A stretch of DNA of 64,000 bases from Candidatus Poribacteria bacterium (GCA_965208675.1 OZ242351.1:4384001-4448000); one strand, 5' to 3'. Counted from the stretch's first letter, positions 27,960-38,524 are shown. The notes: generated by a model from the letters alone, not told the origin. Numbers and translations: made by a program.

Positions 27960-28838
27960 ATGAAGATGATGAAATCCACCTTTAGCTTGGCGATTATTCT
28001 TTATCTTTGTGTCTATCTGACGGGTGCGCCGTTCGTACTCACTGCTTCCGCAAAGATTACGCCGATAGATGTGGATGAACCGACACACTTTTACGAGATT
28101 CAGAAGGGCGATACGCTCTGGCATCTCGCGAAAAAATACCGAAAAGATGCGCTGTTGTGGATGGAGTTTAAGAAATATAATATCTTTACGAACCCGAATC
28201 TGATTTATCCGAAGGAAATGCTGCAGGTCAAAAACGGTTGGGGATTCCCCGGCGATGAGCCGGTAATGATGGAAGAGCCGCCAATGATGGAAGAAGGCCC
28301 GTCCGAGATGGACATGCTCAAGATGAGCATGGATGAGAAATTGGATGCTGTGTCGAAGGCGATAATGAAGCTCAAACACAAGGCGGGGGAATTCGACGAA
28401 CATCACAAGAAGCTTAGCGGCGATGTCGGCAAAATCAAGGGTATGCTTAAAGCGCACGACAAAGCGTTAGAGGGGCTCAGTAAAGCCGCCATGTCGCACG
28501 CTGAAGAGACCAAGAAGGGGTTGTCGAAGGTTAAGGGCAAGATTAAAGACTTGAATAACGACCTGAACGCAAAGGCTGAGAAGCTGGGCGAGAAGCAGGC
28601 AAAGACCATGAAGATGCTCGGCGAAACGACTGAAGCCATGAACAGCGAATTCGCCAAAAATGCGGAGCGGGTTGACAAGCTGCAAGCCGGCGTTGATGAG
28701 ATTCATTCGGAACTTCATCACTGGAGAGGTGAATACAGAGATTCGAACAACACGGAACGGAAATTGGGTAAACTAGCAATCTTGCTTGGCGGGATTGCTG
28801 TGTTTACGCTGAATTCGCTCGGTGAAAGTTTCGATTAA
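27960..28838 (+). CDS. Exported LysM-domain coiled-coil protein with C-terminal hydrophobic segment
   Basis: SD AAGGAG; signal peptide; YEIQKGDTLWHLAKKY...NPNLIYP LysM motif; Lys/Glu-rich helix; LAILLGGIAVFTL tail. Confidence 0.85.
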   Translation: MKMMKSTFSLAIILYLCVYLTGAPFVLTASAKITPIDVDEPTHFYEIQKGDTLWHLAKKYRKDALLWMEFKKYNIFTNPNLIYPKEMLQVKNGWGFPGDEPVMMEEPPMMEEGPSEMDMLKMSMDEKLDAVSKAIMKLKHKAGEFDEHHKKLSGDVGKIKGMLKAHDKALEGLSKAAMSHAEETKKGLSKVKGKIKDLNNDLNAKAEKLGEKQAKTMKMLGETTEAMNSEFAKNAERVDKLQAGVDEIHSELHHWRGEYRDSNNTERKLGKLAILLGGIAVFTLNSLGESFD

Positions 28839-28865
28839 GGCGAAGTATTACACCAGTAAAAATTT

Positions 28866-28924
28866 GCAGGGGCGGCGCCCGAGGCAACAGGATGTGCCCG
28901 GGTGCGTTGTCCCTGCTTTTTTTT
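28866..28924 (+). terminator. Rho-independent terminator
   Basis: GCAGGGGCGGCGCCCG...CGGGTGCGTTGTCCCTGC followed by a T-run. Confidence 0.7.
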
Positions 28925-29013
28925 ACCTGTTAACCGGAGACACCGCTACATGACGCAAGCGGGGCAAGATGCCCCGCCTACGGTGGGAGGCTGTTCGCCG
29001 GCGGAATTAGTAT

Positions 29014-29278
29014 TTGTAGGTTGGGTTAAGCGGAGTAAATGAGAGACGTGAAAAATGTCGAAGGAATATCGGTATTTGAATTCGTTTGGAATTGTTTTAG
29101 ATGTAGCGAACCCAACGCTTTTGAATATTGCTGGGCGTTTGGTTTATCGGAAACCGTTTGTAAATACAAAAAGCGTTGGGTTACGCTCCCCGAATCGGGT
29201 CTTGGACGTCGTTCGGCTCCGAGAGCGAAACGAAAAATTATACATCATTCCGTGAAATTCGCTCAACCCAACCTACAA
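29014..29278. repeat. REPIN/MITE-like element, homolog of 8486..8761
   Basis: Same outer and inner inverted repeats. Confidence 0.85.
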
Positions 29279-29443
29279 GAATCTTGACTTGTGGGTAATA
29301 GTAAGCCTGATAAGGGGCGCTAGGGGGGTTGCCGTCACGTTTTATTCGGATTAAAATGTATAATTTTTAGTTGTAGTGACTATAACGGTAGTCGTGGTTT
29401 CCAACCGCACGGAAGGCAGCGGACAGCTAGGTATTGGGACGGA

Positions 29444-30043
29444 ATGCATTCGGAAGGATTAGACTGTACAATCACAAAATTCATTGAACTTTACGGCGAC
29501 CGTACCGGGCAGAAGGGCGATGGCGTCCACGGCGGGGTGGCGTGGATAGGCGGCGAGAAATTCGTGCTGCTCGCATCCGGCAGGGAAGGCGCCGCCGATG
29601 CGGCGGATTGGCGGCGAATGTCTCGGCTGGCAGCGCTGGCGCAACACCTTCGGCGTCCGGTGCTTCTGTGGGATATGCCGCTGCAGGTCGTTGCGACCGC
29701 GTTGCAGAAGCAGCCGCTGGTGATTAACGAGGCGATTCAGGATTGTAAATTGGCGCTTTTAAGAATGCGTGTTCCGGTCATTAGCGTTTTCAAGGAACGC
29801 TTTCCGGTTGTGTTGACGCCGGAGATTGCCATGGTCGATGGCGCGGTGATTGTGTCGGATCATCCGGAGTTGCTCGCCTCAATAGGCGAAGATTTGCCGG
29901 CTATCACCATGGCTGGCAATGGGAAACATAACCTGACGCAGGAGATTTTGGCGCTTTTTGAAAGAGTATCGAAAATCTGCGGGGAGGAATTGGAGCGGCG
30001 GCGCGTCGAGCAGATTCGAAAAATCACGATGCAAAGAGATTGA
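29444..30043 (+). CDS. Degenerate acetyl-CoA carboxyltransferase alpha (AccA)-like protein
   Basis: FIELYGDR, RRMSRLAALAQHLRRPVLLWD, MRVPVISV and EELERRRVEQIRK are colinear with AccA motifs; no GEGGSGGA loop. Confidence 0.6.
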   Translation: MHSEGLDCTITKFIELYGDRTGQKGDGVHGGVAWIGGEKFVLLASGREGAADAADWRRMSRLAALAQHLRRPVLLWDMPLQVVATALQKQPLVINEAIQDCKLALLRMRVPVISVFKERFPVVLTPEIAMVDGAVIVSDHPELLASIGEDLPAITMAGNGKHNLTQEILALFERVSKICGEELERRRVEQIRKITMQRD

Positions 30044-30219
30044 ATTACGGGTGCGTTTGTGTTACCATAGGTGGCGCGGCTAGGGTGTCAAAGAGGGCTG
30101 CCCCTACAACCGCGGGGAGCCGAAGCGGACTGCGGCAAGCGTGCGCAACGGCTTGTGGTAATCCAACGATTCACAGCCGTATTTCCGTGTTCCACCGGGG
30201 AAAGTGTTAGATTCCTCTC

Positions 30220-30846
30220 ATGCTAGAACGTATATTCCGAGGCAAAATCAGCGTGTTTCTTTCGCTCGTTGCGAGGAAGTTGGTATCAATCGGCGTGACG
30301 GCGAACATGATTACCTTGATCGGCTTCTGCGTTAATGTACTTGCGGCATTCTTTCTGGCGACCGGGCGGTTGGTGCTTGCGGGTGTATTGATATTGTTCG
30401 GCGGCACTTTCGATATGTTGGATGGCGCGGCGGCTCGCGCGGCGCCCAAGTCCAGCGATTCGGGGGCGTTGTTGGATTCGGTGGTTGACCGGTATTCGGA
30501 GGGGGCGGTCTTTCTCGGAGCGCTCATCTATTTCTACCTTAACGACAAACTTTACGGAGTAATCCTGGTTTTCGCCGCAATGATAGGATCTATCCTTGTG
30601 AGCTACGTCCGCGCACGAGCGGAAGGGCTGCGAATCGAATGCAAGGTTGGATTTATGCAACGTCCGGAACGAATCGCGGTTTTGGCGTTCGGTACGTTGA
30701 TACAGGGGATTGTTGGAAACCACTTCGAAGTCGTCCAGTCAAGCGGGCTGATTCTCATCGCTGTAATTGCAATTCTCGCCGTTACCTCCCACATCACTGC
30801 CGTCCATCGGCTTGTTTTTTCTCTTTGTGAATTAAGTGATCGATGA
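30220..30846 (+). CDS. CDP-alcohol phosphatidyltransferase (PIP-synthase-like)
   Basis: DMLDGAAAR...GALLDSVVD signature; SYVRARAE motif; multiple TM helices. Confidence 0.9.
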   Translation: MLERIFRGKISVFLSLVARKLVSIGVTANMITLIGFCVNVLAAFFLATGRLVLAGVLILFGGTFDMLDGAAARAAPKSSDSGALLDSVVDRYSEGAVFLGALIYFYLNDKLYGVILVFAAMIGSILVSYVRARAEGLRIECKVGFMQRPERIAVLAFGTLIQGIVGNHFEVVQSSGLILIAVIAILAVTSHITAVHRLVFSLCELSDR

Positions 30847-31277
30847 ATTGATGCGATGTCCGGGATGAGTGATTCGCGATTCGGAGATCAATCCTATCCA
30901 ACCCTCAGAGACTGTCTGAACTGTGATTTATATGATTAAATGATGGGCTATGATTAGGGGGTGCATGGTTATTTGGTTAATCGGAAGGCATTTGGGTTAT
31001 CGGAAGCGGTACAGATATATGAAAAGCGTTGGGTTCGCTGCTGTAAACACGTGATGAGCGTTGCCGAAAATCTGGAAAGTGATTTTTCGCATGGTACGTA
31101 TTAGCAGTTACCCGCTTAACCCAACCTACAAGCGCTATCGTATCATTCCCCTCCTTACGAAGGAGGGGTTAGGGGAGGTTGAGGATGGTGTTGCGATTCG
31201 GAGATTGGTCGTTGGCAGTGTTGATTGATTTGGCTAAGCAAGGGAGCGGGGTTGTTTTTTTGGCGGGGCTGAAGGTG

Positions 31278-32168
31278 TTAACCGCTTAATGTGTGTATTT
31301 CCGGGTCGTTGATGTGATCCGAAATTTTCTGGTCAATTACATTCACCTGTTCGGCGAGTTTACGGTGTGCCGCACTCATTTCTTCGCGTAGGTCGTTTAT
31401 CCGACTGTCAATACCATCAATGCGTTTGTCAAGGAAATCTCGCATGACTGTCGACGCCGCATACATTTCTTCCTTGGTTGGCACATTCGCAAACTTCGCA
31501 TCAAGCAGCTTTTCAAATTGCTCGGATCTCGCAATTGATGATTTATCGAGTTGTTCAACGCGATCAACTGAAGATTTTTCGAGCTGGGCAATGAGTTTGT
31601 TTGTCGCTTCTTCAGAGTGTGCAATCCGATCATTTAAGGATTTATCGAGATGCGCAATGAGATTGTTTGACGTTTCTTCATAGTGTTCAATGCGATCATT
31701 TATAGATTTGTCGAGTTGCTCGTAGCGGGCATTTAAGGAATTTACGAGCAGTTCAAAGCGATCATTTATGGATTTGTCGAAATGCTCGAAACGAGCATTT
31801 ATGGAAATTTCGAATATTTCCAAGCGATCATTTATAGATTTGTCGACATGCTCGAAACGAGCATTTATGGAATTTTCGAATATTTCAAGCCGATCATTTA
31901 TGGAGTTTTCGAATATTTCAAATCGCGCATTTAATGAATTTTCAAATATTTTCAAGCGATCATTTATAGATTTGTCAACATGCTCAAATCGAGCGTTTAT
32001 GGAGTTTTCGAATATTTCCAAGCGATCATTTAAGGAGTTTTCAAACTGTTCAAACCGTTTATCGAGGCGTCCGAAAAAGAAGTTTAGTACGCCGATAACC
32101 AACCCGCCGCCCGCAACAATCGGCACCGCAATTGCCGCGATGATTTTGACAACGTCGATCCAACTCAT
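31278..32168 (-). CDS. N-terminally anchored coiled-coil protein with 11-aa (hendecad) repeats
   Basis: Start probably ATG 32168 (SD GGAGG; TGTGG-TATAAT at 32192-32202); TM segment; about 16 FENSINDRLEI-type units; VPTKEEM motif; ends DHINDPEIH. Confidence 0.85.
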   Translation of the reverse strand: MSWIDVVKIIAAIAVPIVAGGGLVIGVLNFFFGRLDKRFEQFENSLNDRLEIFENSINARFEHVDKSINDRLKIFENSLNARFEIFENSINDRLEIFENSINARFEHVDKSINDRLEIFEISINARFEHFDKSINDRFELLVNSLNARYEQLDKSINDRIEHYEETSNNLIAHLDKSLNDRIAHSEEATNKLIAQLEKSSVDRVEQLDKSSIARSEQFEKLLDAKFANVPTKEEMYAASTVMRDFLDKRIDGIDSRINDLREEMSAAHRKLAEQVNVIDQKISDHINDPEIHTLSG

Positions 32169-32826
32169 CCCGATAACCTCCATTTCATGATATTATACCA
32201 CAATGCCGCCCAAAATGTCGAGTTTTCGTATGTTGGGCTGAGGGATTGACGGAGTACGTGTGGAGGGCGTCGCGATTCGCAGATCGCTCCTACACGGGGT
32301 TGACGGTAAAGGGAGGAGTGTGTGCGCGGTATCGAATCACTCCCCTCCTTCGAAGGAGGGGTTAGGGGAGGTTAAAGATGGTGTGGTGGGAGAATTGAAC
32401 GGGTTAGGTTTTATGGTTGGTGCAGCGTTACCCGACGGTTTTGGTTAATCTGAAGGCATTTAGGTTATCGGAAGCGGTACGAACATATGAAAAGCGTTGG
32501 GTTTGCTGCGGCAAATATATTATGTGTATTACCGCAAATCTGGCAGGTGCTTTTCGCATGGAGCGTAGTAGCAGGTACCCGCTTAACCCAACCTACAGGA
32601 ACTGGGTTTCAAATAAAGATCGCGATTCGGAGGTTGGTCATACAGATGCAGGTGATTGATAGTGAAGACTATCGCCTTCGCTATTCGCTCAGTTGATCCC
32701 CCTCAGTCCCCCCTTGGTAAGGGGGGAGGATTATGTGAGTGGCTTGGTAAAGGGGGAGGAGTGTGTGCGCGGTATCGTATCATTCCCCTCCTTACGAAGG
32801 AGGGGTTAGGGGAGGTTGGCGATGCT

Positions 32827-33174
32827 GTCTGAACGGTGATCTGTGTGATTAAATGGTGGGCTGTGATTGAGGGAATTAATTGGTGCTGGCGGCAGTGTGG
32901 GTATTTGGGAGTCAATTGGGATGGGCGAGGTTTTAAAAGAGTTGGGTTTCGCTCGATTCATCGGGTTTTGTACGCGGTTAGATTGAACGGGGCGGTTCGT
33001 TTTATTGTGCGGTTTTTGGGTGAATCCGCTCTACCCAACCTACAAGAGCTACTGCTACTTTGCAGACCGGAGTGTGCTTACTACGATATCGCGGCTGGAA
33101 GCCGCTCCCACAAGGGATTGTCATTGGAACGTAGGAAAGAAATGCGAATTTCGATGCAACCCAACCTACAAGAG
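32827..33174 (+). repeat. Composite intergenic direct repeat (copy 1 of 3)
   Basis: Shared block TTGGGATGGG...AAAAGAGTTGGGTTTCGCTCGATTCATCGGG...CGCTCTACCCAACCTACA also at about 35348-35663 and 36891-37115. Confidence 0.85.
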
Positions 33175-33375
33175 CTAACCCCCCTCAGTCCCCCCTTGGT
33201 AAGGGGGGAGGATTATGTGAGTGGCTTGGTAAAGGGGGAGGAGTGTGCGCGGCATCGAATCATTCCCCTCCTTACGAAGGAGGGGTTAGGGGAGGTTAAA
33301 GATGGTGTGTTGTGATTCGGAGATCACTCCTACAGGGAGGGATGGGTTTGCAGTTGCCGAAACGAGGTATGATTT

Positions 33376-35313
33376 TTGAGTAAGTTCACTCCAATCGAAA
33401 AGCAGAAGTCGAACGACATTCCACTCCGAATCTTGGTGATTGGCATCTTCTTCGCTCTGGTTAATGCGTATTGGGTTTCGACAAATGATTTGCTGATTGG
33501 CCTCGTTCACAACTATATGTCGCTGTTCAGCAACGCGGTTTTTACGCTGTTTCTACTGGTGTTGCTGAATGCCCTTCTAAAGAAGTACCTTCCGAGGCTT
33601 GCATTTAGAGCCGCCGACCTACTAGTGATTTATGTGATGACCGTAATGGTTACGACCTTTGCGGGGAATCGGATGAACCGGTTTGTCGGACTGCTCTCCC
33701 ACCCTTACTGGTTTGCCACGCCCGAAAATGACTGGCGAAACCTGTTCTGGCGATATATCCCGCCTTGGTTTACGGTCAAGGATGAGCACGCGCTGAGCGC
33801 CCTTTATCACGGCGACACGACGTTTTTTAGCCGCGCAAACTTTATGCCTTGGTTGGGGCCGATTGTCTATTGGTCGGCGTTTCTGATTGTGTTGTACGTC
33901 GTCCTGATCTGCATCAATACGCTGATACGCAAGCAATTTACGGAACATGAAAGGCTGACCTACCCCGTTACGTGGCTGCCGCTGGAGATGGCGAAGGACA
34001 TAACGTTTTTCCTGAAGAATAGGCTAATGTGGGCGGGTTTCGGCATTGCGGCGGCAATTGGCATTCTGAATGGACTGAGCGTGTTAATTCCGTCACTGCC
34101 GGATATTCCGGTCGGGTGGACATCGATTCACTTCCGGGAGAAACCGTGGAGCTATATGGGCGGCACCCGAATTTCGTTCCAGCCGTTTGTGATTGGTCTT
34201 TCGTATTTCATGCCGCTGGACCTCGCTTTCTCTGCCTGGTTTTTCTACTTCTTGAAGAAATTTACTCAGTTGACTCTTGGGGCGACCATGGGTTGGCGCA
34301 ACCTTTACTTCCCCGAACAGGCTCAAGGCGCATGGAGCGGGTTGGGGATTTTGGCGCTGTGGGTCGGACGCAGGCACCTAAAGCGGGTTTTCACACAAGT
34401 ATTCACGCGAAAGCGGGTTATTGACGACGCTAAAGAACCGATGTCGTATCGGACCGCGGTATTTGGCATCGTCGCCGGCATAATTTTTCTCCTGTTTTTC
34501 GCATACAAAGCCGGGCTTTCGTTGTGGATTATTTTGGTGTTTTTTGTAATTTATGTATGCAGCGCCCTTGGTGTGAACAAGATTAGAGCCGGGCTTGGTG
34601 TAGCGGTGCATGAGTTGCTGTGGGTCGACCCAGGTGAGACGATGGTGAGCTCGATGGGAACCCGGACGTTTGGCGCACGAAATCTGACGGTGCTTTCATT
34701 TCTATTTGTGCTGAATCGGGATCAGCCGGGCCACCCGATGCCGAACCAACTGGAAGCGTTTCGGATCGGCGAGCAGGCGAACATCCATCCGAGAAAACTG
34801 GCCTGGGCAATAATTTTGACGTGCGCCATCGGGATACCGGTGACCTTTATGATATTTTTCAACCATCTGTATCAACAGGGGGCTGAAAATTCGACGGGTA
34901 CGATTTTCATGCCCATAGGGAGAGAGGGGTTTACCCAGCGGCTGCAGATTTGGCTAACGAATCCGACGGGGCATGATTATGCAGCGGCGGGTTTCATGGG
35001 GTTTGGCTTCGCTATGACGGGGATTCTGTTAGTCATGAAGATGCGGTTTCTGTGGTGGCCGTTTCACCCCGTGGGTTATGTGTTGGGATCGAGCCCGGCG
35101 GAGATGATATATATCTGGGTACCGGTGCTGATTAGTTGGTGCCTGAAGTTTGCCATCCTTCGGTACGGCGGGCTGCGGGCGTATCGCAGCGCATTGCCGT
35201 TTTTTGTGGGTTTGATATTGGGGGATTATACATTGGGATGCTTTTGGAGTATTGTCGGAGCGGTGTTCAGGGTTCCGGTGTATAATATGGGCTGGCATCC
35301 GGTGACGTCGTGA
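33376..35313 (+). CDS. Polytopic membrane protein, probably DUF6785/DUF6784 (OPT-like) family
   Basis: More than 12 hydrophobic helices; HERLTYP and WWPFHPVGY motifs; family name from recall. Confidence 0.7.
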   Translation: MSKFTPIEKQKSNDIPLRILVIGIFFALVNAYWVSTNDLLIGLVHNYMSLFSNAVFTLFLLVLLNALLKKYLPRLAFRAADLLVIYVMTVMVTTFAGNRMNRFVGLLSHPYWFATPENDWRNLFWRYIPPWFTVKDEHALSALYHGDTTFFSRANFMPWLGPIVYWSAFLIVLYVVLICINTLIRKQFTEHERLTYPVTWLPLEMAKDITFFLKNRLMWAGFGIAAAIGILNGLSVLIPSLPDIPVGWTSIHFREKPWSYMGGTRISFQPFVIGLSYFMPLDLAFSAWFFYFLKKFTQLTLGATMGWRNLYFPEQAQGAWSGLGILALWVGRRHLKRVFTQVFTRKRVIDDAKEPMSYRTAVFGIVAGIIFLLFFAYKAGLSLWIILVFFVIYVCSALGVNKIRAGLGVAVHELLWVDPGETMVSSMGTRTFGARNLTVLSFLFVLNRDQPGHPMPNQLEAFRIGEQANIHPRKLAWAIILTCAIGIPVTFMIFFNHLYQQGAENSTGTIFMPIGREGFTQRLQIWLTNPTGHDYAAAGFMGFGFAMTGILLVMKMRFLWWPFHPVGYVLGSSPAEMIYIWVPVLISWCLKFAILRYGGLRAYRSALPFFVGLILGDYTLGCFWSIVGAVFRVPVYNMGWHPVTS

Positions 35314-35761
35314 TAGGGTTGGTAGGTTTGGAATGGGTTGGGTTACGGTCTGAAATGTGGTTTGTGTGATTAAATGATGGGCTGTGTTTGAGGGGAGTCA
35401 ATTGGGATGGGAGAGGTTTTAAAAGAGTTGGGTTTCGCTCGATTCATCGGGTTTTGTGCGCGGTTAGATTGACCGGGGCGGTTCGTTTTATTGTGCGGTT
35501 TTTGGGTGAATCCGCTCTACCCAACCTACAAGAGCTGCTGTTACTTTACAGACCGCAGTCTGCCTGCTACTTTATCGCGGCTGGAAGCCGCTCCCAGAAG
35601 AGATGGTTATTGGAAGGTAGGAAGGAAATGCGATTTTCGATGCAACCCAACATACAGGAGCTACAGAAGGAACGAAAATGATTTTGGATGCGGTAAACTC
35701 TGCTGGAATTTCTCACGTTTTACGGGTTTGAGAATCTGAAAGTAATGAGGAGAACGACGTA

Positions 35762-36856
35762 ATGAAACGGATCAAACAACTTGTTTACGCAGGAGTCAGC
35801 TTGTGCATGGCAGCAGTATTGTGCTCGCCTGTGTTCGCCGGGGCTGGGCGAACCGGCGCGCAAATTCTCGACCTTGGCGGCGGAACGCGTGCGGCGGCGC
35901 TGGGCGACGCATTTTCTGCGGTTGACGGCGATGTCACCGCAGCGTTTTGGAATCCGAGCGGGTTGGGAATCATTCAAGACACACAGGCTGCGATTTCGTA
36001 TATGGACTACAGTCAACTTTTTGGTGAAGCGAGTGAGGGGTTATACTACGCTTTTTTCGCCGGTGCAATGCCGCTCGGTGCGTCGGGTACGCTCGGTACA
36101 ACGCTTCAAATACAGGGGCAAGGCGAGGTTGCAATTACGACGGATTCGCCGCTAATAGAGCGGTATGAGAACCTTGGAACGAATTGGGCATGGACAGTGT
36201 CGTACGCGGACATGTTGGCAAACGGATTGTCGGCGGGCATCAGCGGCAAGATTATTCAGATGAAATTAGGACGTTACGCTGGGCGCGCTTACGCCATTGA
36301 CTTCGGCGCACAGTACAATCTCCAGCTTCCCGATTTTATGCCGCCGGTGCGAATTGGCGCCGCTGTTCAGAATTGGGGCACCGAGATTGCGTTCATCGAC
36401 GCCAATCAGAGCGACCCGCTGCCTCGAAAGTTCCGGCTGGGAACGGCAGTGACACTCTATGGAGCGGGGTACCATGACCTACGGCTCATCGGGGATCTGA
36501 CCGCGTTTATCGATAAACTGAAAGAGGACGACGAGGAGGGGGTAGAGGCGTTTCTTGAGGCGAACCCGGAGGTCACACGCGATCAGCTTCTCGCCGACCG
36601 CGGCGTTGGCAGGCATGCGTTTGAGTGGCGGCACATGCAGAAGAGCATCGGTATCGAATATTGGTTGAGTAACCTGCTTGCGCTGCGAGTCGGTTACAAA
36701 ACGGAACCCGGCATAAACCGCCCGGATTTCTCAGATCATATCACGTACGGCTTGGGGGTGCGTTTGTTGAATTATCAGTTTGATTATGCCCGCGTGCCCG
36801 GCGGGGGGCCGAACAATCAGCGCCTCAATGTGTTCGCGTTGGTATTGCGGTTTTAG
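35762..36856 (+). CDS. PorV-like outer-membrane beta-barrel
   Basis: SD GAGGAG; signal peptide; LGGGTRAAALGDAFSAVDGDVTAAFWNPSGL; IAFIDANQSDPLPRKFRLG; C-terminal Phe. Confidence 0.85.
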   Translation: MKRIKQLVYAGVSLCMAAVLCSPVFAGAGRTGAQILDLGGGTRAAALGDAFSAVDGDVTAAFWNPSGLGIIQDTQAAISYMDYSQLFGEASEGLYYAFFAGAMPLGASGTLGTTLQIQGQGEVAITTDSPLIERYENLGTNWAWTVSYADMLANGLSAGISGKIIQMKLGRYAGRAYAIDFGAQYNLQLPDFMPPVRIGAAVQNWGTEIAFIDANQSDPLPRKFRLGTAVTLYGAGYHDLRLIGDLTAFIDKLKEDDEEGVEAFLEANPEVTRDQLLADRGVGRHAFEWRHMQKSIGIEYWLSNLLALRVGYKTEPGINRPDFSDHITYGLGVRLLNYQFDYARVPGGGPNNQRLNVFALVLRF

Positions 36857-37436
36857 GGATTGTAGTTTATCTTTGGGTTTCGGAGAAGACTGTCTGAACT
36901 GTGATTTTTGTGATTAAATGATGGGGTATGATTGAGGGAGGCATTTGGTGTTGGCGGCGGTGTGGGTGTTTGGTAGTCATTTGGGATGGGAGAGGTTTCA
37001 AAAGAGTTGGGTTTCGCTCGATTCATCGGGATTTGTGCGCGGTTAGGTTGACGGTGGCGTTTCGTTTTATTGCGCGGTTTTTGGGTGAATTCGCTCTACC
37101 CAACCTACAGGAGCTGCGGTTAACTCGTGATGCGCGTTGTGGTAAATCTGGCACGTAATTTTCGCACGGTAGTTATTAGCAGTTACCCGCTTAACCCAAC
37201 CTACAAGAACTGAAATCAGGAAAGGCGACGGAGCGGGTTGAGATTTGGGACCATTCAAAATTTTCAATGGTTGTTTTGAATGCGGGAGGTCTTAAAAGCG
37301 TTGGGTTTCGCTACATGGATTTTACGAATGCGGCATGCCGGAGTTTTAACGTTGCGTGGGTGTAGTAACGGCATTAGGGTTATCCGCTCTACCCAACCTA
37401 CAGAAGCTAAAAGAACTTTTGTGATAAGGATTAGAC

Positions 37437-38282
37437 TTGAAAAAGATAGGTGAAATTATTCTATTGTTTAACTTGATTGGGTTGGTTGTCTTGCCTGTGA
37501 ATGCTAACTCGGTAGACACAACCGCTAGTGACTCGGGAGAAAATGGAGGTGTGTCGTTTCGGTTTGTGTCGGCGTTGGGGGCGAGGCACCTAGATGTTGA
37601 ACAGATTGGCGGCATAACGGGTGATGAATGGACGACGACGTTGAAATCGCCGAACCGGGCGTTTTTGTCGTCACTGATTGTACCGGGCTCCGGCCAGTTG
37701 TATCTCGGCGCGAAACGGGGTTACTTATACATTCTGGCAGAAGTCGGCATGTTGGCGGCGTATTTCCTTACGCGCAGCGATGCGGAGAATACACGGGAGC
37801 AGTATAGAGAACATGTAAGGGAGCACGTGGCTTTCGAATGGCCATACCAGGCGGCGGAGCAATTTGAAAAGTGGGATCCAATCGAAGATTATGAGCATGC
37901 CACGCTGTTCGACAATTGGCGCAACGTTTATACGGAGCGGAACGGTGAACCGCTTGAAAGAGTCGGGGCGTGGTATTGGAAGGATCGGCAGGCATTCAAG
38001 GATGAGGAGCGGGGTGAGGGTAATCATGATTCTCCGCAGCGTGAAATTGCAAAAACGTTACGGTATGAAGCCAATGACAAATTTGAGCGGGCGCGCACCT
38101 TTTTGGGCGTTGTCATCTTGAACCATGTGGTTAGCGCAGTTGAAGCGCGAATTTCCGCATTACGGAGCAATCGACGGTACATGTCGGACGCCACGCCGCG
38201 GCGATCTTTTGAATTCGATGTGCGGACATCAGTCTCGCCACATGCTGCGGAAACTCAACTTGTCTTGAGCAAACGGTTTTAG
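37437..38282 (+). CDS. Exported/membrane protein with DUF5683-like motif
   Basis: Signal-like N-terminus; KSPNRAFLSSLIVPGSGQLY motif; C-terminal Phe. Confidence 0.7.
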   Translation: MKKIGEIILLFNLIGLVVLPVNANSVDTTASDSGENGGVSFRFVSALGARHLDVEQIGGITGDEWTTTLKSPNRAFLSSLIVPGSGQLYLGAKRGYLYILAEVGMLAAYFLTRSDAENTREQYREHVREHVAFEWPYQAAEQFEKWDPIEDYEHATLFDNWRNVYTERNGEPLERVGAWYWKDRQAFKDEERGEGNHDSPQREIAKTLRYEANDKFERARTFLGVVILNHVVSAVEARISALRSNRRYMSDATPRRSFEFDVRTSVSPHAAETQLVLSKRF

Positions 38283-38524
38283 CCGGGGCGCGTGCGGCGT
38301 TTATGTAAATTCCATTTTGTAAAACTGGTAGTCATTTTAACACGCCGGAAGGTTCGGCTTCCTAACCGAACCGGTATTTATTAAGTCTCGCAGGTGCGGT
38401 TGGAAACCGTACCTACCGCGCCTGTTGCGCCTACCGTACCTACCCACCTACCCACCTACCTAGACATCCGACAATACTAACGGAAATGACCGAGAGCCCG
38501 GGCTGATAGCGTAGGTAGATACAA

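Noticed and set aside
30070-30196. 5S rRNA, SRP RNA or tRNA identity for the structured segment
   Set aside because: It lacks the 5S CCGAAC loop, the SRP domain IV motif and the tRNA T-loop consensus.
32836-33315. ORFs made from repeat mosaics (also 41..271, 7399..7827, 8643..8879, 29039..29287, 35388..35681)
   Set aside because: Their similarity to one another (e.g. QPNLQ, SRLEAAP) comes from translated REP arms; no SD or coding signature.
38409-38462. CCTACC microsatellite-like run as a phase-variation tract
   Set aside because: It lies between convergent genes and derives from stuttering of a REP end, so no promoter or CDS is affected.
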